Positions 13,354-27,292 of a stretch of DNA of 64,000 nt are shown in pieces. The notes below the pieces were generated by a model. The model did no database searches and had not been told where the DNA came from. It saw only the letters and a program-made list of their open reading frames with translations. Positions within the stretch are counted from its first letter, which is position 1. Each line of letters starts with the position of its first letter. Origin of the DNA: Eledone cirrhosa (taxonomy: Eukaryota). The DNA is taken from contig OZ024740.1 in assembly GCA_964016885.1 (NCBI GenBank), positions 357,306,001-357,370,000 of the forward strand. Direction: 5' to 3'. Position numbers and translations under genes: made by a program.

Positions 13354-14415
13354 CTAGCATTAAAGCCCGGCGTTGCTCGGGGTCATTAAGTTACCAAAGT
13401 TAGGTTGCACCACCCATTTTATGGCAGCACTTTTTTGTCTGCCAGGCACTGGGTGAATGAATTGCAGACCTGGAAGCAGGAGCTGCGCCAGCAGTGACAA
13501 TTGTAGTTTCGCCTATGGATATTATCTCTGTGCAAAAAAGTGTTGAAATTTATTGTTTCACAGTACTTGCGCAACACGCGCGTAGACGATGCCAGCCGAA
13601 CAACAGAGCTGCGATGGAGTTGTTCTGCATGGTTGTCTGTGTGTTTTCTAAATTTAAGACAGTAGGGAGGGTTGTGGTATGAGGGAGAGTTAGCTGTTGT
13701 TTCTAGCAGGTTTAGTGACCTCATAGAGGATATGTGTTTTCTAAATTTAAGACAGTAGGGAGTGGTGTGATATGGGGGAGAGTTAGCTGCTGTTTCTAGC
13801 AGGTTTAGTAACCTCATAGAGGATATGTGTTTTCTAAGTTTAAAACAGTAGGGAGTGGTGTGATATGGGGGAGAGTTAGCTGCTGTTTCTAGCAGGTTTA
13901 GTGACCTCATAGAGGATATTATTGTTTATCATTATCTATAAAAGGCAGATTGTTTTTGTTGTTGTTGAAGTGAGTGTGTGTTTGTATGCGTTTGGAAAAG
14001 AGGTTTTAAAAAAGATTTATCGCTTGTTGTTTTGTTGAATAAATGTATATGTATAAAAGAGAAAGTAGCAAAATGTGTGGGTTGTAGTTAGAGGTAAGCA
14101 GATGATATGAGAGAGTAAAACGGACAGTATCACCATCAAGCTTGGAAAGAGAAAGTAGCAGAAACTATGAAGTTGTATAGATTTTGAATGGTAGTGGAAA
14201 GAGTTTAGCAGTTTAAATGACAGAGAAAAATCGTAAAATATTGAGTTTTATCTATTTTTTGCGTAATTGTGGGTGAAATTGAAAAAATGAGATGTGCCAA
14301 GACGCAATCGAAACTATTTCGAATACTGAATTGTAAATTTCAATTGAAGAAATTCTATATCGTAGATTTCTATAACGAAGGAGCATGACCACACACTGAG
14401 CTTTATAGATTATGA
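13354..14415 (-). mobile_element. Non-autonomous Helitron nested in the opposite orientation, with 3 x 93-bp internal tandem repeat
   Basis: Minus-strand 3' hairpin cccgagcaacgccggg followed by CTAG|T at 13354. The 5' end is TCATAATCTATAAAGCTCAG. The 93-bp repeat spans ~13639-13918. Confidence 0.75.
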
Positions 14416-14496
14416 TGATAATGGTTGCGGAACGAAAATACAGACAAATATAATAATGTATGTATCCCACACACTTTTTCTGTCGTCGCTCGCATA

Positions 14497-14594
<98 letters not shown>

Positions 14595-14856
14595 TTTCAC
14601 ACCTGATTTCGCCAATTGCCGGATAACATAAAAACAAAACACACAGACACACATGCACATACACACATACACATACACAAACACACACACATATCTATAC
14701 TTTATATGTATGTATGTATGTATGTATGTATGCATGTATGTATGTAAGATCATTCCCCTTCTCTATAATTTAACTGCTTTACTCTCTCTGTCGCTCTTCA
14801 CTCTCTAAATGACAACACTGTTTTAGTTTCCGTATCTCCCTTCAATATATACACAC

Positions 14857-14920
<64 letters not shown>

Positions 14921-15004
14921 GGAAAACTCCACACACACATCTACAGAGAGAGACAGAAAAACAGAGGGAGGGGAAAAGAGAAAAATACAATTAAAGTGTT
15001 AGTT

Positions 15005-15044
<40 letters not shown>

Positions 15045-15184
15045 AAGGACAATGTGACACGGGAGGATGTGTGGTATCTTTGCAGTGGAGTGGTGGAGGC
15101 AGCTATACCTAGCCGGACGCCAGCCGGACGGGCCTGCTAGTAATAAAATAAATATGGTTTTATAAATATAGTTTCCATTTATCA

Positions 15185-15235
<51 letters not shown>

Positions 15236-15240
<5 letters not shown>

Positions 15241-15840
15241 ACGTCAAGACGGGCGGTCTCAAAAGTGAAAGTAAATTTATTTTCATTTTCGAACGTCGTG
15301 TTTACATTTTGTGTGTGTGTTTAGATCTAAATTAGTTACTGAGATTAAAGACAGAATCAGAGCCTCTGTCGTTTTAACTGATTATATATATATGTATATG
15401 TGTGTGTGTGTGTAGTTGACGGTTGAGCGAAGAGTACTCAATACCGAAGTAATCTTGTAATGAGGCTTGCAGAATGGTGAGTCTGCCATTCTAGACGCTG
15501 CTGCCTTGCAGAAGTCCCAAATCGAAGCTCTGACACTCTCGTCCCCATCATTCAGCAGGGATTTTGCCAGGCAGCCGCATCATCTCCGATGGTTGGGCTT
15601 CCTATTCGGAAATTGAAGGTGGGATTTACGTTCATGATGTTGTGGTGCACGAACGGAACTTTGTAGATCCTGCGGACCCTGATGTGCACACACAGCTCAT
15701 AGAGAAGACATGGAGCCGTGCAAAGAAGAAGCTTCGTCGCCAGCATGTTTCGTTTGAACACACACACAAAATGTAAACACGACGTTCGAAAATGAAAATA
15801 AATTTACTTTCACTTTTGAGACCGCCCGTCTTGACGTATG

Positions 15841-15842
<2 letters not shown>
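15236..15842 (+). mobile_element. Internally deleted Merlin (IS1016/ISXO2-like DDE) DNA transposon
   Basis: ~86-bp perfect TIRs starting GGCATACGTCAAGAC. Internal fragment 15564-15750 reads PGSRIISDGWASY..VVHERNFVDP..VHTQLIEKTWSRAK. Inserted in (TA)n. Confidence 0.88.
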
Positions 15843-15923
<81 letters not shown>

Positions 15924-16115
15924 ATGTATGTATGTATGTATGCATGTATGTATGTATGTATGTATGTATGTATGTATGTATGTATGTATGTATGTATGTA
16001 TGTATGTATGTATGTGTATATGTAAAAGGTAAACAGAATAACAACACAATCGGTACAATATATGGAAGGTTGAAAGGGATATATTATGTTAACGCTTGAT
16101 ATAGCAGGAGGAGGG

Positions 16116-16146
16116 TCTTAACGTTTCGGAGCCCTTCATCAGAAGA
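16116..16146 (-). ncRNA. Minimal PLE-type hammerhead motif
   Basis: tctt-CTGATGA-agggctcc-GAAA-cg-TT-aaga. Stem III is reduced to the palindrome AACGTT and stem II is weak. Confidence 0.5.
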
Positions 16147-16235
16147 AAGAATGAGAAATAAGATATATTGAGGGGACGAGTAGGTTGGAATTGGAAAAAA
16201 TGTCTTTAGATAACAATAACAGGTCCATTCATGTT

Positions 16236-16309
<74 letters not shown>

Positions 16310-16623
16310 TCCCAAACAGACCTATTGTATTGAATCTTTGTTTTTTTCAATAAACAAATATCATTATTTCTGAAGACAGCATATATATGTGTAGGTATGT
16401 ATATTCCCTCTGATAGTTTGTATAAATATTGTACATAGATCTATAGAATATGCATACCAATTCTAACACATATATATCCTAGAAACGATCGTAAAATGAT
16501 GAATTTTTTTTAATATAAGGAACTGTTTCTTTTTTATTCATTATTTTATTAATATATATATATATATATATATATATTATGGAATACTGTTAGCTTCTCG
16601 CTACAATAATTTCTATACTTTTC

Positions 16624-16681
<58 letters not shown>

Positions 16682-16805
16682 TATATATATATATATATAT
16701 AAGTACATATATATATATATATATAAGTACATATATATATATACTTCGTTTTTTAATTTGTTTTGCAATACTTCTTATCTGAAAATGTGTATTGAAACAG
16801 ATATT

Positions 16806-17325
<520 letters not shown>

Positions 17326-18365
17326 ATAGTTATCAACAAAAGTCTAAATTCATAGTCAGTGAATCAAAACCTAGACAACATATCTCGCTATTTCTCACCG
17401 ACGTATGATAAACAGTAACAACTTCCATTAAGTTTATTATGAGAGATAGAGATTGATACATTGTTAGGTGATTATATTGACTTCAGGAGAGAATATTTGT
17501 CCTTTTTATAATAGACATTGAGTGTATCTTAGATGGATGTCGTGAGTCAAGACATTAGACTTTCATAAAACGCTGTCACTGCTTACATAGCCGATCCTGG
17601 TAGATAGCTACAAACTGATCGAACTTTCGAGAATTAATTACTAGAGGCATAGGCCCAGATTGGCTCTAGTAGTGGTATACGAACCATCGATCCTTTGGTT
17701 CCTAAAACGTCACCCTATCGTTTCAGATTGTTGATGTTCTTACCATTTAATATATATTGGAGTTAAATCAATTAATCTTAAAGCAGTTAGAATATAGTAG
17801 TTTAGCCCTAGATTGGTTCTGATTTAACAGCCTTATTTAGAGGCATTTCAAACGTAACCGCCCCGTCTTTTTGTTAGATAAAATGTATTTTGAACAAGAT
17901 TATCTAATGTGGCCTTACCTTTTTTAAGTCTACAGTGTTGTACGAGGAAAATTTTGCTAGTATTTCTAGAAGATCGAACGTCCATGAAAAATTTTCTTCG
18001 TTGGTAGTTCAGTAGAGTAGCTGCTTTTCTATATCTAACCTAAATGTATTCTAGCTTTAACGGTTTTCACTCATGGGAGTTCTTGAAATAAAAAAACATA
18101 TATAGCCAGGTAATTGAATTAAGCCAATTGTTTGAAACTTTGTATTTACAAAACGAATAATAGTTTCTGATTTAGGCACACGGCGAACAATATTGCGTTA
18201 CTAATACTTTATTTGATTGATCCCCTAAGGATGTAAGGCAAAGCTAACCTCGGCAGGATTTGAACTTAAAATAATAATGATAATAATAAATGATAAAAAC
18301 TGGACGTAGTAACAACAAGGCATAGGAATTAAAGAGGGAGGGGGAGTATTATAAATATATATATC

Positions 18366-18425
<60 letters not shown>

Positions 18426-18488
18426 AACACACACACACACATATATATACATATATACACATTCACGCACACACACACACACACACAC

Positions 18489-18559
<71 letters not shown>

Positions 18560-18715
18560 TATATACATATTATATATATTATATATATATACACACAGAG
18601 AAGAGGGATAAGTTGTGATATAGAGAGGAAAAACAAGGATGGTGTGAAAGTGACAAAGAGAAGGACAAAAGAATGCGACGCGAATAGCATAAGGTGTGTG
18701 TGCATGTGAGTGTGT

Positions 18716-18776
<61 letters not shown>

Positions 18777-20181
18777 TGCTTGTGTGTGAGTGCGTGAGTG
18801 GGTGTGTGTAGAGAGAGAAAGAATGAGAGAGGTGGAGAGGGTGGGTGTATTTTTCTCATCCGTTTGACTCATTGCGGTAGTTTTGTTGAAAAAAAACATC
18901 CCAGTGGCTGTATTAATTATTCCGCCACCTGCCAGTAAGACTAGTGAAAGGTGACAGCTACGTAGTTGTTGTTTAACCCCAAGTCAGTCATGATCAAACA
19001 AACCTATGATCAAAAAATCGTCCAGCCATCACTTTGTCATCCTTGTTTTTTTACTTTTGTTAATTGTTTTTCAGACAATTTATCTAGATCCAGATATGTT
19101 TTCGTTGTCCAATTCTTTTTAAATGGTAGGTTGCGATTTGGTGTAGATTTGACTGATGCTTCTAGCAGATTCAGCAACCAGGTACTAGCTCCTTCACTGG
19201 CTCGTTACAGCTGTGTTATCAGATGTTCAACGTAACTTCACAAGTCAGTAATGTTCAGTCACTGTACGAGTTTATGGAGGACGATATCGTTGTTGAGCAT
19301 GCATTTCGGACACACACGGCTGTCAGCACTACTGTGCCTGTTGATTTTAACACACATTGATAACACACAGTAGCATTGTCTGGCCAAGAACGTTTCGAAA
19401 TTGTTCATATCCCTCAAACTGAAAAACATTCAGAAGTGACTATTGAACCTGCTATGTCCAGATTTTTTCCAATCTATCTTCACTTATTGTTTCCACTATA
19501 AAAAGGTAGCTGGAGGAAAATAGTGATGGCTTCGTAACATTCCACATATCAGGCCTCGACCTACACTGGAATTCAGACTGCAATTCAGTCAAAGAAATGA
19601 GCTGCGGAAAAACATGTCTTACAAACAGCGACTATTCCTGTTCACCAAATATCGCAGCCTCTGTGCGTGCTAAACATGGCATTTTGAGACATGCTGAACT
19701 GGGCGTTGGCCGCAGATGGATCTTTTGATCAATGAAATTTATCCATTCTTCAAAAAGCTTTCTAAGACATGACATGAGATGGTGGTCAGGTGGCAGTACA
19801 CCACGAAACACTCTGCCAGTGGTTAAAACCAGGTGAACACCTTTGCGAAAATCTTTGTCTCTGTATTCGCAGAATATATGGAAGAGTTCGTTTACTCCAC
19901 ATTTGGATCAACCGACTGTGGAGTAAATGTTATTTTCGAGCATTGCACTCATTTTAATTCTCCCCTCTTCATGTAAGGATTTTAACTGCAAATATTTGTA
20001 GATTGAATTGGCAGAATACAGAACGTCATATAGAATGCTTTGCCTGTCATCCTTTTAATGTTGATAAAGAGTACAATCCAGTACTGCAGTTGAATTTTCC
20101 TCTATATCACTTTTATCCCTTTCCCACTTCCTTACTACCACTCTTTCTCTCTTTCTCCCCCTCTCTCTCTATATATATATA

Positions 20182-20278
<97 letters not shown>

Positions 20279-20397
20279 CGGGTTGAATCGGTGGTAACCA
20301 CAGTAAGTAAGGTACTCAATACATATCAGAGTATAAATGTTTAATATAGAAATGGCTTCTACAGGACTAGAACTGTTTCATTCGAAGAAAATCATCA
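20279..20397 (-). mobile_element. Short PLE-like terminal-repeat family member (second copy 41116-41267; trace at ~26422-26458)
   Basis: Near-identical ccgggttgaatcgg..gtaaccacagtaagtaaggtactcaatac..ctacaggactagaactgttt at both loci, with a minus-strand (C)TGATGA..GAAAcagTTC remnant. Bordered by TA/TG tracts. Confidence 0.6.
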
Positions 20398-20448
<51 letters not shown>

Positions 20449-20454
20449 AAGTCT

Positions 20455-20842
<388 letters not shown>

Positions 20843-20874
20843 CATTAGGCTTGCAATTGAAAGGTTGTGAGTTC

Positions 20875-20964
<90 letters not shown>

Positions 20965-21364
20965 GCTGTGCTCTGACCTGGTTAGGTAATGTGCTTCACA
21001 TTTCTGACAGCACCCCTAAGATTCCATAACTCAGCCAACAACTCAGCTAATGCTATGCAATTTTCATTCAGTACTTTAACGCATCCCACAAACCTCTGCA
21101 CATACTCTGCACAACCACCACTCCCAATATATCATAACTCACATTCTATACATATTCTATACAACAAACATACAAAACACTGAAGTAACGAAAGAATCAA
21201 CCAAACAAATTCCACAACATAACAAAACCAAACATTTAATAAAATTCAGCTTAAATGTTTGCTACTATAGATAATAAACAAGGGCCCTCATGCTAGCTTC
21301 ATTCGACCCTGCTTGGGACAACTGAAGTGCACATGGTGGTAATTTGCAGGAAACTATTGAAAAT

Positions 21365-21424
21365 ATGATGATGATGATGATGATGACGACGATGATGATG
21401 GTGATGGTGATGACGACGGCGATG

Positions 21425-21455
<31 letters not shown>

Positions 21456-21507
21456 TGATGATGATGATGATGGTGGTGATGATGATGATGATGACGACGA
21501 CGACGGC

Positions 21508-21559
<52 letters not shown>

Positions 21560-21618
21560 GTGATGACGATGATGATGATGATGATGATGATGGTGATGAC
21601 GACGACGATGATGATGTT
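21365..21618. repeat. (GAT)n/(GAC)n trinucleotide array
   Basis: Directly visible; it accounts for the poly-His and poly-Met ORFs. Confidence 0.95.
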
Positions 21619-21676
21619 GAAACATAACGTCGGATTTATACCGAAAATTGAAACCGTCCCCTTTCGAGCTTCTCTG

Positions 21677-21745
<69 letters not shown>

Positions 21746-22177
21746 TATATAGTAAAAGATTATATATAAAGGTAGTTGGATGAGTTGTTGTGTGTTTATT
21801 TGCTTCTTGTCTTGTCTTGTCTTTTTTTTCTTCTTTCCTCTTCAATGTATTCTACTATAGGCGATTGCCTGATCCCTACTGACATTCTTAAATTAATGAC
21901 AACGAGGTAGACAACATACATCATAAGATAGAGAAGAAAGAAAAAACCCAGGAATACGACATAAAATGTCAAAGACAGAAAACATTGAGATGGAAAAGCT
22001 GCCATTCTTGTTAACAGGTAATTAGCCGTACAAGGACCAACCAAGTTAAATCTTCCAGGCTTAGAAGATAATTGAATAGACAGCATATCAACTAAGATTT
22101 ACTAAGATTTCGTTATATTATCTAGATATGCGTAATGTATGGGTTTCTCTCTCACATGCTTATATACGTATATATAA

Positions 22178-22223
<46 letters not shown>

Positions 22224-22481
22224 AAAGATTATATATATATGTATATATATAAGCATATACATATATAATTGTATATATTATATAAACACACAGACGCACA
22301 CACACACACACACACACACACGTATATATATATATATATATATACATGCATACATATTTCATCCCCTTTCCCTCACCCTTTCTTTAGAAGCAAATATGCA
22401 GTGACATACGTACGTATGTGCATACGGCTGAACGAATATATTATGTAAATATATTTAAGCATACACGCACATATACATATT

Positions 22482-22529
<48 letters not shown>

Positions 22530-22545
22530 TGCATATATATAAGTA

Positions 22546-22582
<37 letters not shown>

Positions 22583-22606
22583 GTGTGTGTGTGTATATAT
22601 ATATAC

Positions 22607-22655
<49 letters not shown>

Positions 22656-23282
22656 ATGCATGTATATATATATATATGTATGTATGTAGGTATGTATATA
22701 TATATATATATCATGTATATCATGTATATAATATATATAATGTGTGTGTGTGTGAATGTGTGTGTGTGTGTATGTGTGTGTGTGCGTGTGTGTGTGCGTG
22801 TTGGGGAAGTATTATTCAGAAAATATTTACTAAACAATATAATTCATAAGAATTCATATATAGGCGTATGTGTGTGTGTGCATGTGTATGTATGCATGTA
22901 TGTATATACTGACAAAAAGAGGGGCATATATATGGGTGCATTAAAATCCATTGTTCCTCTACATGTACATGCAACCGTACATATGAAGCACCAAAACTTA
23001 ATAACACAAAGAAATATAGAAACATACATGCTTATCTATTACACATAAGGCTATGTATAATAAGCACTACCACACATAAACATGCAATACACACTTAGAC
23101 ACATATATATTAAACAGGTGAAACACCCATCCACACACACACACAGACGTACGCGCACACACACATATACGTACATACACACACACATATATGTACATAC
23201 ATACATACATATAGACATACATACATACATACATACATACATACATACATACATACATACATACATACATACATACTTATAT

Positions 23283-23816
23283 GGTGGCTGCCAACTCGTT
23301 TTCGATTACGGCCACTACTTTATATCCATGTAGGAGAACCCCTACCGATGCGCTAAACAAGTGTGACTTTTTAGTCCAGCCAGCGACTTGACAACTCTGG
23401 TACAAACACTACACTTGTGGAAATTATTGACACATAGTGCTGGGCCCATGGTACCATGTGACGACAAGTGCAGAGAGATATCCAGATATAAAGCAATGCC
23501 TGTGCCGTGAAGCTTTTATAGTGAGCAAAGGCACTGCACAAAGCCAGTCCCACTCTCTTAACCAAGATGATATTTACCAAAAAGAAGAACAAGTCAACAT
23601 CATTGGATACCATCAGGGTTGCAGGTGTTATATCAGAGTTTTCCTTCTCCTAGAATTCTGCCTTGACAGGTTTTGTTTTTAGTCCTGCAGGATATCCAAA
23701 GTCACCCTCCTTACCAAGAAACCTTGGTGGGGTTGCCAGTTTAGTCGCCAACGACCCGACCATGAGACAGGTTGTACTGGGATACATGTTACCAGTAGCA
23801 CCAAGTGGTGACCTGA
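23283..23816 (-). mobile_element. Non-autonomous bipartite RTE-derived retroelement, copy 1 (73-bp internal deletion)
   Basis: Near-identical to 23898-24504. Lies in (CATA)n, and the variant unit acatactta is duplicated at 23271-23279 and 23822-23830. Confidence 0.75.
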
Positions 23817-23827
23817 CATAAACATAC

Positions 23828-23858
<31 letters not shown>

Positions 23859-23897
23859 CATACATACATACATACATACATACATACATACATACAT

Positions 23898-24504
23898 GGT
23901 GGCTGCCAACTCGTTTTCGAGTACGGCCACTACTTTATATCCATGTAGGAGAACCCCTACCGATGCGCTGAACAAGTGTGACTTTTTAGTCCAGCCAGCG
24001 ACTTGAAAACTTTGGTACAAACACTACACTTGTGACAATTATTGACACATAGTGCTGGGCCCATGGTACCATGTGATGACAAGTGCAGAGAGATCTCCAG
24101 ATATAAAGCAATGCCTGTGCCGTGAAGCTTTTATAGTGAGCAAAGGCACTGCACAAAGCCAGTCCCACTCTCTTAACCAAGATGATATTTACCAAAAAGA
24201 AGAACAAGTCAACATCATTGCATACCATCAGGGTTGCAGGTGTTATATCAGAGTTTTCCTTCTCCTAGAATTCTGCCTTGACAAAGGCTAAGGGGTCATC
24301 TCTCCCGGTGATTTTGGATGGCCATTGACTCTTAAGAGCTCCTTTGCCCTTTGACAGGTTTTGTTTTTAGTCCTGCAGGATGTCCAAAGTCACCCTCCTC
24401 ACCAAGAAACCTTGGTGGGGTTGCCAGTTTAGTCGCCAACGACCCGACCATGGGACAGGTTGTACTGGGATACATGTTACCAGTAGCACCAAGTGGTGAC
24501 CTGA
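23898..24504 (-). mobile_element. Non-autonomous bipartite RTE-derived retroelement, copy 2
   Basis: Has an RTE 5'-UTR-like motif (ctaggagaaggaaaactctgat). The 3' part encodes WRSLC and a terminal C2H2 finger CSVCTKVFKSLAGLKSHTCSAHR* (24028-23957), followed by a short 3' stem-loop and an (ATGT)n tail. No RT. Confidence 0.75.
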
Positions 24505-24578
24505 CATACATACATACATACATACATACATACATACATACATACATACATACATACATACATACATACATACATACA

Positions 24579-25237
24579 ATAAATGTAGGCTATGTAAAAC
24601 AAAGATCGAGGATGTAAGCCACATTGTTGCCAGCTGCGAAAGAATGTCATCTCGCTACTACCTCCCCATGAGACAGGATGGGATAGCTAGAACCATCTGG
24701 AACGCACTTCGGAAAACAAAATTAACAACAAACGAGGAAGAATATATTGAGACAGATGGCACTAAGGAATACTGGTGGAACCTGAAAATAAAAACTGCCA
24801 CCAAATTAAAGCACAACCGGCCTGATATTGTAGTTTGGGAACACACATTGAAAACGTGTTCTGTTGTGGAGATCAGCTGCCCACTTGATGTAAATGTTGT
24901 CAGAAAAATACAGGAGAAGGAGGACATCTACGGACCATTGATGAGGAGTTTACAAATCCAGTATCCAAGATACACCTTTAGCTTCATACCCATCATTATT
25001 GGTGCTACGGGTTATATACCAACCCGCTTGGACCAAAGTATGACTGAACTTGGATTTGCGGACAAAAAGCGCAGCTCCCTAATTCATGGTCTGCAAATGG
25101 CTGCGATAGCTGGCACCTTCAAAATTTGCAAAACATTCTTGCGATTCAAGGGATGACAATTTCTTTTCTTTTACAACCTTGCCAGCAGGAAGGTGGCCGG
25201 TCAAAAAAATATACTCGAAATTAAGAGAAAGAGAAAA
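24579..25237 (+). mobile_element. R4/Dong-like non-LTR retrotransposon 3' fragment (CCHC + restriction-like endonuclease)
   Basis: Open frame 24581-25156 reads [25 protein letters not shown] (RHD-like), HNRPDIVVW..VEISCP..EKEDIY, IPIIIGATG. An ~80-bp 3' UTR is followed by (CATA)n, and (CATA)n also lies upstream. Confidence 0.87.
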
Positions 25238-26259
25238 CATACATACATACATACACATATACATGAGTATGATTACCCTCCGTGCTCCATTTCGTCTTTT
25301 CTGTCACTGTGTTTCCCCGTCAAGGGCTCTAATGCAGCCTTTAAGGCCAGCTACTGACCTGCAGGATTCTATTGCAGATATCACAGCTGTCTAGCACACC
25401 CATGCGAATTTCTTGATTCCCATTGGTATTTGACATGTTAATGTGCTTTGTTAAACCTGATTTTATCGTCAGATGTTATTACACGTTGGCCACTTAAAAA
25501 TGCTTATCTACGTTGCATATGACGCCAAGTGGTTAGTCATTTCAGCTCTCGACAGCTGAACACAACAGCAGCATATGCATGTTAACATCTTATTTAACAA
25601 TAGTCCCGATGTCCCAATTATGAAGGTTACCAACGATAGCAGGACGATATCAAATGCAGTTCAACCTGCACTTGAATCGAGTCTTCCTTGGATCAACGCA
25701 TTTTCGCCTTTCTGCCGAACAGCGATGCCTGACTCTATTTGGTGCCCTCTTTCTTCATCAACCGGTAACCTTTCTTCATGGTGCTTGTATCCACATCGAA
25801 GACCTGTCACTTGAACTCCACGTAAAGCCCTGTCAATGAGTTTGGACTACATCCGCTCTCTTGTCGCCACAGTGTGTGTCATCGTCCTCGGCATGTGAAT
25901 CTAAATAAATAGTAACAAGCTTGATGATTTAAAACTACAACGATTTCCAGAGGTTCACTGATGAGAAGGAATTGTCCGTTTTTCTATTGTCTTTGTCATG
26001 TGCACTTCCCTGTTTTGGATTCATATTCGAAAGTCTTACACCTACAAACTTTTTTGAGTTTGAAATAATTTGCAAAATTTTATATATAAAAAAGTTTAAC
26101 TTTCTTTCGTCCATGCCGAATGAATAAATATCACTGAAAGTGAATTATTGATCCAGAAATGTTATAGGATTTAGCGATCTCTCGTGGTTACAACGGTAGC
26201 TGTGACATGATCACAGAATAAAATGCTCACGCCAAAATTTATATACGTTTATTATACAC

Positions 26260-26408
<149 letters not shown>

Positions 26409-26492
26409 CGTGTATGTATGTATAGAAATGGCTTCAAAACAAGACTAAAACTGTTTCATATATATATATATATACCTGTCATTATTTAATTC

Positions 26493-26687
26493 GGCGGCGA
26501 GGCGGTGGATTGGCAGTATCGGTAGAAGGTCGGACGCCATGCTTTGCAGCATAGAGTTACGGCTCTTGCCATTCTGAGTTCAAATCCCGCCGAGGTTAAC
26601 TTTGCCTTTCATCCTTACAGGGTCGATAAAATAAAGTACCAGTAATGCACTGGAATAATTGCTGGCCTTGTGCCAAAAGTAGAAACA
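26493..26687 (+). mobile_element. tRNA-derived SINE, abundant octopus-type family
   Basis: A-box-like tggcagtatcggtag, B-box-like gagttcaaatccc, body aactttgcctttcatcc..gggtcgataaaataaagtaccag. Further decayed copies at ~18160-18270(-), 27695-27790(-), 28250-28350(-), 34370-34500(-), 38080-38217(-), 40395-40490(+), 42885-43020(+) and 43270-43430(+). Confidence 0.75.
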
Positions 26688-26899
26688 ATTATTTAATTTG
26701 GCGAGAATGTGTTGGCCGTTCCAAGAGTGAGGGACGAACTCAGATTACACACTGTATAAAATATTATCTGACCCCATGGGAATTCTATGGTTTAACTAGG
26801 AATAACTATCAAGCATTAAAGATTAATATGAGAGTTTAAGTGTTATGGTTATAAGTTATATATATGTATATATTTGAGCAATATCGGTCTTATTTATGA

Positions 26900-26935
<36 letters not shown>

Positions 26936-26951
26936 GCACACACACACACAC

Positions 26952-26995
<44 letters not shown>

Positions 26996-26999
<4 letters not shown>

Positions 27000-27292
27000 C
27001 AAAATAAGATGTTGAGGGTACATAAATCGTTTAATCATTATAATTATTTCCACGGTTCTCCATGCAATAGAGAAGTCCTTAATACATTTGTTGTTGTTAT
27101 GAGAACGGTTTCCTTCGATGAAAATCGATTTATTGATATGCCGCCAGCAGGAAAGCACATGTCCTTTTGCTCGTGGGCCCAGCAGACATAACAACAACAA
27201 ATGCATAAAGGGCTTCTCTATTGCATGGAGAACCGTGGAAATAATTATAATGATTAAACGATTTATGTAACCTCATCATCTTATTTTGTTAT
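26996..27292. repeat. Fold-back element with ~105-bp inverted arms next to (TA)n
   Basis: ataacaaaataagatg..catttgttgttgttatg (26996-27101) is the near-exact reverse complement of 27187-27292. Confidence 0.8.

Larger units (their letters stand above)
12592..15140 (+). mobile_element. Non-autonomous Helitron with nested insertions
   Basis: A|TC 5' end (TCTATAATATTATAAAGCTGAG), a GC-rich subterminal segment and a CTAG|T 3' end. No TSD, and the empty site restores a hammerhead. An internal module is duplicated (12643-12732 vs 14755-14850). Confidence 0.78.

Noticed and set aside
19240-19900. Possible highly decayed mariner transposase (SCSPNIAAS resembling YSPDLAPS)
   Set aside because: Single weak motif, no TIRs and no continuous frame.
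24420-24504. HDV-like or twister ribozyme at the 5' end of the RTE derivative
   Set aside because: Could not fit the P1/P1.1/P3 nested pseudoknot or the twister core by eye; only generic hairpins are supported.
25270-26230. Unique-looking, moderately GC-rich stretch as a host exon or DNA transposon
   Set aside because: No recognisable domain, convincing splice structure or terminal repeats.
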